A stretch of DNA of 64,000 nt from Anaerolineaceae bacterium UBA4890. Its GTDB lineage: Bacteria > Chloroflexota > Anaerolineae > Anaerolineales > Anaerolineaceae. The notes under the pieces are model-generated. The model had not been told where the DNA came from, did not search any database, and saw only the letters and a program-made list of their open reading frames with translations. The stretch covers positions 243 to 64,242 of the forward strand of contig DHCY01000006.1 of assembly GCA_002399085.1 (NCBI GenBank), read 5' to 3'. A program made the position numbers and the translations under genes. Shown piece by piece: positions 35,286 to 42,674 of this stretch. The first letter of the stretch is position 1; every line of letters begins with the position of its first letter.

Positions 35286-36599
35286 TTACTTGGTTGCGCA
35301 GGCGATGCAGGGGTCGAAGGCGCGCACGACCCTGCCAACCGCCCTGCCCAATTCACTGCTGATGCCATCGGCACTGACATAGCGTTTGGCAGCCACCATT
35401 AGTGCCCGGCGGATTGCCAACATGTTGTGCACGGTGGGGATGATGAAGTTTGCGTTCTTGATCAGACCTTTTTCTACCTCATAATGATGGATCAACGGTC
35501 CGCGCGGTGCTTCAACTAAACCGTAGCCCACGCCATCGCGCGGGGTGTAGCCAACTTCGGTCTCCCCGTGTTCCAGGTCGCATTCCAGCATCTGGCGGGA
35601 CTTTTCGAGCGCATAAACCAGCTCGATTCCGCGGCAGAGATCAAAGAACATGATCGCATGGGCAGGTCTGCCAAAGGTCTGGACAAAACGTTTCAAAAAG
35701 GCATCTGCTTTAGGTGTGCCCATGGAATTTGCCAGGTTGATGCCTGCCAGGCTGTTGGCGCGCATGATCTCACCCTGGAAGCTGCTGATGCCAGCGTAGG
35801 AATAGTCGCTGTCTTCCAACTGTAAGTACGATTCAAACTCGTGTGGGCTGAAATTCTGGCATTCCTTCCCTTCCGGGCACATCAGCCGCAGGCGATTGCT
35901 GTTCAGGCGGAAGTTATCTGCTTCGGTGGAGGCAAGGTAATAGGTGGGTTCGTCGTCGCCCCAGGAACCGATGCGGTCGCCCATTTCCATGGACATTTCC
36001 CAATAAATATCGACCAATTCCTCCGCCACTGGCAGAAGTGTATCGATGGTTTTGATCATTTCGTCAGCTTTTTGGCGGGGAATTCCGCTGGTAACGCCGC
36101 CAATCGTAGTTTTGATTGGGTGAATGAACTGACCACCAGCCAGACTGATCAGATCTGTGCCGATCTTGCGGATGCGCAGCGCATTTTGCGCTATCGAGAA
36201 TTGGCGCTCTTTTTCCTTTTTTGCTTCGGCAACCTCAAAAATCGAATCGGCATTGATGCGATCGGGCATGGTGAAAATGAACAGGGAGGTCGCCTGGTTT
36301 TGGATCAGCTGACCGAGCAAAAGCACCTCGCGGACATCTTCTGCGAGAGGAGGCGGTGTGACACCGAAAACGTCTTCCAGCGCCTTCACGGATGCCACCT
36401 GGTGGGCGGTTGAACAGACGCCGCAAATACGTGGCACGATCACCGTGATTTGCTCGGCGGGTACACCCTGGACATAATAGCTGAAGCCGCGCATCTCCAT
36501 TGCCTGGAAATCTGCGCGAAAGACTTCATCGTCATGAATGTCGATCACAACGCGGGCGTGCCCTTCAATTCGACTGAGTGGGTAGGTTATCGTTGTCAT
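35286..36599 (-). CDS. [NiFe]-hydrogenase large subunit (cytosolic group-3-like)
   Basis: 437 aa: LSRIEGHARVVIDI, RICGVCSTAH (N-terminal Ni-binding CxxC), and a C-terminal DPCIACATK followed directly by the stop. Confidence 0.88.
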   Translation of the reverse strand: MTTITYPLSRIEGHARVVIDIHDDEVFRADFQAMEMRGFSYYVQGVPAEQITVIVPRICGVCSTAHQVASVKALEDVFGVTPPPLAEDVREVLLLGQLIQNQATSLFIFTMPDRINADSIFEVAEAKKEKERQFSIAQNALRIRKIGTDLISLAGGQFIHPIKTTIGGVTSGIPRQKADEMIKTIDTLLPVAEELVDIYWEMSMEMGDRIGSWGDDEPTYYLASTEADNFRLNSNRLRLMCPEGKECQNFSPHEFESYLQLEDSDYSYAGISSFQGEIMRANSLAGINLANSMGTPKADAFLKRFVQTFGRPAHAIMFFDLCRGIELVYALEKSRQMLECDLEHGETEVGYTPRDGVGYGLVEAPRGPLIHHYEVEKGLIKNANFIIPTVHNMLAIRRALMVAAKRYVSADGISSELGRAVGRVVRAFDPCIACATK

Positions 36600-37471
36600 C
36601 AGATCATCTTTTCTTTCGTGCGTATTGGCAGCGAATCGTCCTGGGTGTAATCGGTGAATTGATCGAGGAAGAGTGACAGCCAGGGGGAATCCAGGACCGC
36701 ATTGACCTCTTCTTCAGGGATATCGGTCATCCGTGTGAAGACACGCCGCAGGTTATCGAGCACAAATTTAGGCTCTTTGTTCAGGTAGGGGTTGGCTGGT
36801 CCACGGCAGCCGACGCAAGCATGCCCGGGGCGGGTGCAGAGCGCACCGCAGCCTCCGCGGGTGGAGGTGCCGACACAGACAAAACCCTGGTTGATCAGAC
36901 AGATATCGGGAAGGGTCACACCGCTGCGCATGCCGGTAATGGAGGTTGGGCGCATGTCCTGCAGTTTTTGGCGACCGCATTCCTGACAAACAATCGGGGC
37001 GATTTTTGCATTTTCCGCATTGGTTAAAGCAGTCATGAACAATTCCGGTGTAGGAGGGCAGCCCGGCAAATAGATATCGACATTCACAAACCTGTCAATC
37101 GGATAGGCACGGGGAAGCATATCGGGCAGACGCAAGCGGTGCGAGGAAAGCATATAGGTGTCGCGCGCCGGGTGTGATTCGCGGATTTGGGCTACACCAC
37201 CCGAGAGCGCACATGTTCCGACTGCGATTACCTTTTTCGAACGAGACGCTCCTTTGACCAGGTTGTGGATGTCTTCATCCGTGCGCACACCACCGGAAAC
37301 TAACAGGATTTCCACGTCATCCGGTATTTTGTTCGAGGTCACAACCAGAGGCATATATACCAGGTCGAAATTTTCGATCCACTCTTCCGAGTTCAAAAGG
37401 GACACTTCGCAGCCTGAACACCCTGAAAGTTGCAGAACAGCAAATTTGGGCAGTTCACGTTTTTGTTCCAT
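36599..37471 (-). CDS. [NiFe]-hydrogenase small subunit (MvhG/FrhG-like, three FeS clusters, no Tat signal)
   Basis: LQLSGCSGCE, GTCALSGG, LPGCPP, then CQEC...CLINQGFVCVGTSTRGGCGALCTRPGHACVGCRGP. I prefer the ATG at 37471, which has a TGGAG RBS and a TATAAT at 37510-37515. The track start is a GTG at 37507. ATGA overlap with the large subunit. Confidence 0.85.
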   Translation of the reverse strand: MEQKRELPKFAVLQLSGCSGCEVSLLNSEEWIENFDLVYMPLVVTSNKIPDDVEILLVSGGVRTDEDIHNLVKGASRSKKVIAVGTCALSGGVAQIRESHPARDTYMLSSHRLRLPDMLPRAYPIDRFVNVDIYLPGCPPTPELFMTALTNAENAKIAPIVCQECGRQKLQDMRPTSITGMRSGVTLPDICLINQGFVCVGTSTRGGCGALCTRPGHACVGCRGPANPYLNKEPKFVLDNLRRVFTRMTDIPEEEVNAVLDSPWLSLFLDQFTDYTQDDSLPIRTKEKMI

Positions 37472-37520
37472 AGCACTCCAATCCACAGAAAATTGGGAAT
37501 TCTCCACTAATTATAGTTGG

Positions 37521-37562
37521 TTATCCACAAACCATCCTACGGTTTGCCACAGATTATCCACA
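37521..37562 (+). promoter_or_regulatory. two perfect DnaA-box nonamers (TTATCCACA) in direct orientation
   Basis: TTATCCACA at 37521-37529 and at 37554-37562, with a near copy TTTGCCACA at 37543-37551. They lie in the 168-bp divergent hydrogenase/suhB intergenic region. Confidence 0.45.
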
Positions 37563-37639
37563 CCAGCATTTAAAGACTGGGGACTGCAGTATGACTCGGG
37601 TCGGGGTAAAATCATAAGAACATCAAATTTGGAGAAAAA

Positions 37640-38428
37640 ATGCAACCTACCCTTGAACAAGTAGTCGCCTGGAGCACTGAAGCTGCAGCTATCGCCCTAA
37701 ATATGCAGACCGAAAACCTGGAAACGCATTATAAAGCTGCAAACGAACTGGTTACAGCAGCCGATTCTGCCGTTGAGGCATTTTTGATCGAAAAGATCCA
37801 GGCACACTTTCCGGATCATTCGATCAACGCTGAGGAGAGCGGCGAACACGACCGCGATAGTGACCATAAATGGTACATCGACCCGATTGATGGCACCTTG
37901 AATTACTCTCATCGGTTGCCAATTTGGGCGGTTTCTGTGGCTTATGCCTACAAAGGGGAGCTGCAAATTGGAGTTATCTGCAACCCTGCAATGAAAGAGA
38001 CCTTTTGGGCTGCCAGGGGGCAGGGGGCATTTTTAAATGGCGAGCCAATCAGTGTGTCCAAAACAGACATACTGAATGATTCTCTGCTCATAACCGGTTT
38101 CAGGCGAAACACGATAGCTACTCCCCGCTCCAATATTCGTAATTTCACGCGTCTTAGCCTGGAAACACAGACTATTCGCCGGTTGGGTTCAGCGGCATCA
38201 GACCTGGCATATGTAGCCTGCGGAAGAGCGGAAGGCTTTTGGGAGATCGACCTGAACCCGTGGGATGTGGCTGCCGGCGTCCTGATCGTGCGCGAGGCTG
38301 GTGGGATTGTGGATAGTTTGTACGGCGATGGCGAGCTGTTGACCGGTAAGGTGAATATTTTATCGGCGAACCCGCTTATCTTCCCGCAAATGCGCAAGAT
38401 ATTGTTGGAAGAGAGAGATAATTCCTGA
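37640..38428 (+). CDS. suhB: inositol monophosphatase family protein
   Basis: 262 aa: WYIDPIDGTLNY and WDVAAG. Confidence 0.9.
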   Translation: MQPTLEQVVAWSTEAAAIALNMQTENLETHYKAANELVTAADSAVEAFLIEKIQAHFPDHSINAEESGEHDRDSDHKWYIDPIDGTLNYSHRLPIWAVSVAYAYKGELQIGVICNPAMKETFWAARGQGAFLNGEPISVSKTDILNDSLLITGFRRNTIATPRSNIRNFTRLSLETQTIRRLGSAASDLAYVACGRAEGFWEIDLNPWDVAAGVLIVREAGGIVDSLYGDGELLTGKVNILSANPLIFPQMRKILLEERDNS

Positions 38429-38861
38429 TCTGTCATTTTGAACGGTCGTCATTCTGAATGGTTGTCATTCTGAATGCTTGTCATTCTGAACGAAGTGAAG
38501 AATCTTAACAGTATTGCCACAAGGTTTCCGACCCAATATCATCAAGATCCTTCGCAATTGATGCTCAGGATGACAAAGGGTCTGTCATTCTGAACGAAGT
38601 GAAGAATCTTAACAGTATTCCCCCAACGATTCCGACCCAATATCATCAAGATCCTTCGCAACAAAAGCTCAGGATGACAGCCGGAAGGTTTGTCATTTTG
38701 AACGGTCGTCATTCTGAATGGTTGTCATTCTGAATGCTTGTCATTCTGAACGAAGTGAAGAATCTTAACAGGAGTTACCTCCAAGATCCTTCGCAATTGA
38801 TGCTCAGGATGACAAAGGGTCTGTCAGGATGACAAAGGGTCTGTCAGGATGACAAATGGTC
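38429..38861. repeat. cluster of three palindromic GTCATYCTGA...GAAGRATCTT units with flanking short tandem repeats; includes an 81-bp perfect direct repeat
   Basis: Three units of GTCATTCTGAACGAAGTGAAGAATCTTAACAG...(spacer)...CAAGATCCTTCGCAA...GCTCAGGATGAC. The 81-bp block at 38431-38511 is repeated exactly at 38691-38771. GTCATTCTGAATG occurs as short tandem copies on the left, and TGTCAGGATGACAAAGGGTC occurs 3 times on the right. The cluster fills a convergent intergenic region. Confidence 0.8.
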
Positions 38862-39593
38862 TTACATATCCACGAAGCGGCTGTCGTCCAGATCATCTTT
38901 CTCAGGCTTGGGGGTGACTTCTGGGGTTTCCTCTGGACGGTTTTGATTTTCAGCCATTTCAATTTCCAACGGGCTGGCACGGCGGGTGATCTGCCACTTA
39001 CCGCAATGCGGGCAACGTTCAAACTTACCGACCACGATATTCAACCCCAAAAATGAACGCGAAAAAGTCTTGCCACAGCGGTTACAGACTGCCAGACCAT
39101 GCATACCTCCGCCAGTGGTTGAACCGCCCTTCTGCCTGGAGGAAATAAACCAACTGATGCCCATGCCCGCCAGGGTGATAACCACGATGATACCGATCAG
39201 GGTGCTGGTTATTTGTCCAGATTCGCCTGCGCTCAGGAAATTGTAAACGATTGGTCCCACAGGAATAATCGTTCCATCCGCAAGGCTGACTTCTGCTCGC
39301 ATTTGGTGGACCCCAGGTTGGTAATCATCAGTAGTAAATGAAAACCGGAAAGGCTCCTCGCTCAATTCAGCCATAACGGCATCATCGATGTAATAAACCA
39401 CGCGCTGTGCAGCACTCAGATCACCATCTATGTAAATGGTCATATTGCCCTGGATGTCCGCCCCGGAGCCATAGCCCCAGTCACGCCTGAGCCTCAAGGT
39501 CAGATCAGAACCGTCTTGTGCCTGCGCATCCGAGAAGGCGAAGACCATACAAAAAACCAACAAGAAGGCAATCCAAAGTTGTTTCTTTTTCAT
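38862..39593 (-). CDS. single-pass membrane protein: exported beta-rich domain, TM, cytoplasmic zinc ribbon (unknown function)
   Basis: 243 aa. Signal peptide, TM (LIGIIVVITLAGMGISWF), CNRCGK...CPHCGK, and an acidic tail. Last gene of the ABC-2 operon. Confidence 0.6.
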   Translation of the reverse strand: MKKKQLWIAFLLVFCMVFAFSDAQAQDGSDLTLRLRRDWGYGSGADIQGNMTIYIDGDLSAAQRVVYYIDDAVMAELSEEPFRFSFTTDDYQPGVHQMRAEVSLADGTIIPVGPIVYNFLSAGESGQITSTLIGIIVVITLAGMGISWFISSRQKGGSTTGGGMHGLAVCNRCGKTFSRSFLGLNIVVGKFERCPHCGKWQITRRASPLEIEMAENQNRPEETPEVTPKPEKDDLDDSRFVDM

Positions 39594-39597
39594 CTGC

Positions 39598-40392
39598 TTA
39601 CTTCCATTTTGTCAAAATGTTTTCACGGTCAAATATTACGGTACCAAGACGTAGCATCCCAAACGCAATCAGGGCGCTCACTATAATGGCGATCACCATA
39701 AAATTGATGTTGATCACCAACTTACCAGCCAGCACAGCAAACATCACCAGCATGAGCGGCAAAATTACTGTGCTGGAAACCTGCTCGGCTACGCGTGGGT
39801 CACTGACCCGTGAGGAAACATAAATCGCGAATATGGTGGCAATAACCGAAAGGATTGGACCCAGTACCAGGATACCCAGCAGCCAGCTGGGGCTGAGGAT
39901 ATAGCTCAAAACAGCCGGGGTTAGTCCAAGCAGGAGACAGCCGACCACGAAGACACCAAAAACGCCATAACTGATGATCACTCCAGGAATCACGGCTGCC
40001 AGTCCTTTTCCAGCCAACAATTCGATGGTCGTGATTGGAGTCGCCAGGAGCGGTTCAAGGCTGCGGGTGGTTTTTTCACCGACGATGCTATAAGCAGCGA
40101 TAGTGGTCGGAATAATCAGCGGCATCATCATGAACAAGAGCATAAACTGGTTCAGCAGGTAGATTTGCGTACATTCGCCGGCGGTCAGCCCGGAACAGGC
40201 TGCGGCAAAACCGGGAGGCAAGCCCGCGCTTTCTGCGGGCATTTCTACCGGCAGGGAGCTGTTGGTCATGTAGAGCATAACCAGTGGTAAGGCGACAAAA
40301 AGCAACGGCAGCAGCGTCATCGTTGTTATCACCCAGCGGTTTTTGAAAACCTCGGCCCATTCTTTGTCAATGATCGTGCGAATGTGTCTCAT
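39598..40392 (-). CDS. ABC-2 type transporter permease
   Basis: 264 aa, 6 TM, with a sequence typical of ABC-2/NatB-like permeases. Overlaps the ATPase stop. Confidence 0.75.
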   Translation of the reverse strand: MRHIRTIIDKEWAEVFKNRWVITTMTLLPLLFVALPLVMLYMTNSSLPVEMPAESAGLPPGFAAACSGLTAGECTQIYLLNQFMLLFMMMPLIIPTTIAAYSIVGEKTTRSLEPLLATPITTIELLAGKGLAAVIPGVIISYGVFGVFVVGCLLLGLTPAVLSYILSPSWLLGILVLGPILSVIATIFAIYVSSRVSDPRVAEQVSSTVILPLMLVMFAVLAGKLVININFMVIAIIVSALIAFGMLRLGTVIFDRENILTKWK

Positions 40393-41333
40393 GCCTGCCC
40401 CCTTTCATGGCTTTGAACCATTTCGAGGTAAATTTGCTCGAGGCTGTGCCTGATTTCGCCTACGAATTGTACTTGCGCGCCTGCCAAAACCAGCGCTTTG
40501 ATGATCTCAGGGTTTCTTTCTTCAGGGTCTTTCAATGAAACCACCAGTTTGTTGTCCACTGCCTCCACATTTTCTGCCCCGGCGATGCCAGCAACCAGGT
40601 TAACCCAGCTTGCCTGTAGTTCGCGCAGGTGGAAGACCACTTTGCGACCAAACATTTTGTCGCGCAGGCTGGCGGGGCTGTCGAGTGTGAGCAGTTTTTG
40701 CTGAAAAATGCCCACGCGGTCGCACAGACGCTCGGCTTCGTCCAGGTTGTGGGTGGTCATGAAAATGGTGCGCCCCTCTGTTTTCAGCTCTTCAATGAAG
40801 TCGCGTACGGTTTTGGAGGCTTCGGGGTCCAGCCCGGTAGTGGGCTCATCGAGGAAAAGTATTTGTGGTTCGTGGATCAACGCTCGGGCGACTGCCAGTT
40901 TTTGGCGCATGCCTTTCGAGAAGCTCCCCACGGTATCGTGCCGTCGCTCCCATAACCCGAGCATGCTTAAATATTTATTGACCGATTTTTCAACATCCGG
41001 AACGTCGTACAGGTTGGCGAAGATAGTCAGGTTTTTCTCGGCGGTCAGGCGTTCGTACATGCCGGGCGATTCGGTGAGAATGCCAACATTGCGGCGAATA
41101 TTGGTGTCTTCTTTGCCCAGCTCAAAGCCAGCCACCTGGGCGCTGCCAGCGCTGGGGCGGATGAGACCGGTAAGCATGCGCACCGTGGTGGTCTTGCCGG
41201 CACCGTTGGGTCCCAGGAAGCCGAAAACCTCCCCGCGCTCCACCTCCAGGCTCAAGTTATCGACGGCAATGAGCTCAGTTTCCTGCTTTTTGCCGATTTT
41301 GAAAATTTTGGTTAATCCTCGGGTTTTGATCAT
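40389..41333 (-). CDS. ABC transporter ATP-binding protein (ABC-2/DrrA-NatA type)
   Basis: 314 aa: GPNGAGKTT, FSKGMRQK, LFLDEPTTGLD, plus a C-terminal regulatory-like domain. Confidence 0.88.
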   Translation of the reverse strand: MIKTRGLTKIFKIGKKQETELIAVDNLSLEVERGEVFGFLGPNGAGKTTTVRMLTGLIRPSAGSAQVAGFELGKEDTNIRRNVGILTESPGMYERLTAEKNLTIFANLYDVPDVEKSVNKYLSMLGLWERRHDTVGSFSKGMRQKLAVARALIHEPQILFLDEPTTGLDPEASKTVRDFIEELKTEGRTIFMTTHNLDEAERLCDRVGIFQQKLLTLDSPASLRDKMFGRKVVFHLRELQASWVNLVAGIAGAENVEAVDNKLVVSLKDPEERNPEIIKALVLAGAQVQFVGEIRHSLEQIYLEMVQSHERGQA

Positions 41334-41362
41334 ATTCCTCGTTTCGAAACGGTGTAATTATA

Positions 41363-41679
41363 CAGGGAACAGGGATCAGGGAACAGGGAACAGGGATCTG
41401 GGAGCAAGGGAGTCCGTAAGGGACGGCTTCCATGCCGTACCGCCCACAGGGAACAGGCAGTCAGAAGCTGATAGCTGATGGCTGATAGGAAAAGATTAAA
41501 GGCGGACTGCCACGCCCCCTTCGGGGGCTCGCAGTGACGTGACAAGCAAGAGGGACAGGGAGTTTGGAGCTGATAGCTGATAGGTGATGGCTGATAGGTG
41601 ATAGGTGATAGCTGATATCTGATGGCTGATAGGAAAAGATTAAAGGCAGACTGCCACGCCCCCTGCGGGGGCTCGCAGA
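41363..41679. repeat. heptanucleotide tandem arrays plus a duplicated 48-bp hairpin module
   Basis: CAGGGAW repeated 6 times at 41363-41404. GCTGATA-type heptamers repeated 3 times at 41467-41487 and 9 times at 41569-41631. Each GCTGATA array is followed by GGAAAAGATTAAAGGCRGACTGCCACGCCCCCTNCGGGGGCTCGCAG. Confidence 0.8.
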
Positions 41680-41708
41680 GACCGTGACTAGCAAGAAGTG
41701 GTTGGAGC

Positions 41709-42674
41709 CTAACCCTGCAGCAACCCCTGGCTGTAGGGTGGGGCGAAGAGGGCGGGGGTGCCGCCGGTATGCCAGAAGAGGACTTTCTCCCGGGGTCTGA
41801 AAAAGCCTTTGCGTGCCAGGTCGAGCAGCCCTGCTGCCGCTCTGCCGGTGTAGACCGGGTCGAGCAAGATTCCTTCTTCGCTGGCAAACAGATTTACAGC
41901 CTCAACCTCGGCAGGGGTAAGAACACCGTAACCGGCACTGCAATAAGCATCATTGATAAGGATTTCTTCGTGTGTGACCGACCAGTCATACCTTAATTCG
42001 AGAGCGGTCTGGTTAACCAATTCAGCAATTTGGGTGGAGAAGCTGGCAGAATCATGCTCGATGCTGATTCCCAGGATCTTTCCTTTGTAACCGGTGTGGT
42101 GTGCCCCCAAAATCATGCCAGCCTGGGTGCCCCCGGAAGAACTGGCAAAGACAATCCAATCCGGCTGCAACCCTTGCCCGCTCAACTCAATCATCGCATT
42201 CAGGTAACCCGGGGCGCCTTTGGTGTTCGAGCCGCCATAGGGAATCAGGTAAGGCTCCAGACCTTCCTCTTTGGCTTGATTGAACTTCTCCTGCAAGACC
42301 TGGTCGCGGGTGGTTTTGCTGGAATAGAAAATTTGGGCTCCGCTGAGTTTATCCAAGAGCAGGTTGCCCTGGGCTTCTTCTGGTTCATCCCCAGCCAAAA
42401 TCAACTGACAACCCAGACCAAGTTTGGCTGAAGCTGCTGCAACCTGGCGGCAATGATTCGATTGCACCGCGCCTGTGGTGATCAGCGTTTTCGCGCCTTT
42501 TGCCAGCGCGTCTGCCACCAGGTATTCCAGTTTGCGGGTTTTATTACCACCCAAACCCAGACCTGTGAGATCGTCGCGCTTGATGAAAAACAGCGCTCCG
42601 CCCAAGAGCTGGGAGAGCCGCGGCAAGGCTTCGATCGGTGTTGGCAGATGTGCCAGGGGGACTCGTTCAATCAT
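41709..42674 (-). CDS. PLP-dependent ACC deaminase / D-cysteine desulfhydrase family enzyme
   Basis: Starts at MIERVPLAHLPTPIE (ATG at 42674, an 8-nt overlap with the upstream gene). GGNKTRKLEYLVADA is the family signature. The track extension to 43010 is an out-of-context overlap with the FemAB gene. Confidence 0.85.
   Translation of the reverse strand: MIERVPLAHLPTPIEALPRLSQLLGGALFFIKRDDLTGLGLGGNKTRKLEYLVADALAKGAKTLITTGAVQSNHCRQVAAASAKLGLGCQLILAGDEPEEAQGNLLLDKLSGAQIFYSSKTTRDQVLQEKFNQAKEEGLEPYLIPYGGSNTKGAPGYLNAMIELSGQGLQPDWIVFASSSGGTQAGMILGAHHTGYKGKILGISIEHDSASFSTQIAELVNQTALELRYDWSVTHEEILINDAYCSAGYGVLTPAEVEAVNLFASEEGILLDPVYTGRAAAGLLDLARKGFFRPREKVLFWHTGGTPALFAPPYSQGLLQG

Noticed and set aside
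37508-37639. Possibility that the DnaA boxes mark oriC
   Set aside because: There are only two perfect boxes plus one relaxed box, no obvious AT-rich unwinding element or 13-mer repeats, and no dnaA, dnaN, rpmH or gidA neighbours. I report it as a regulatory curiosity instead.
41330-41887. 185-aa minus-strand ORF (and the 77-aa ORF at 41461-41694) spanning the heptamer repeat region
   Set aside because: The translation is low-complexity (ISYQL/SPITYQ repeats) and is generated by the GCTGATA and CAGGGAA heptamer arrays. There is no RBS, and it overlaps the end of the PLP-enzyme gene. I treated it as non-coding repeat DNA.
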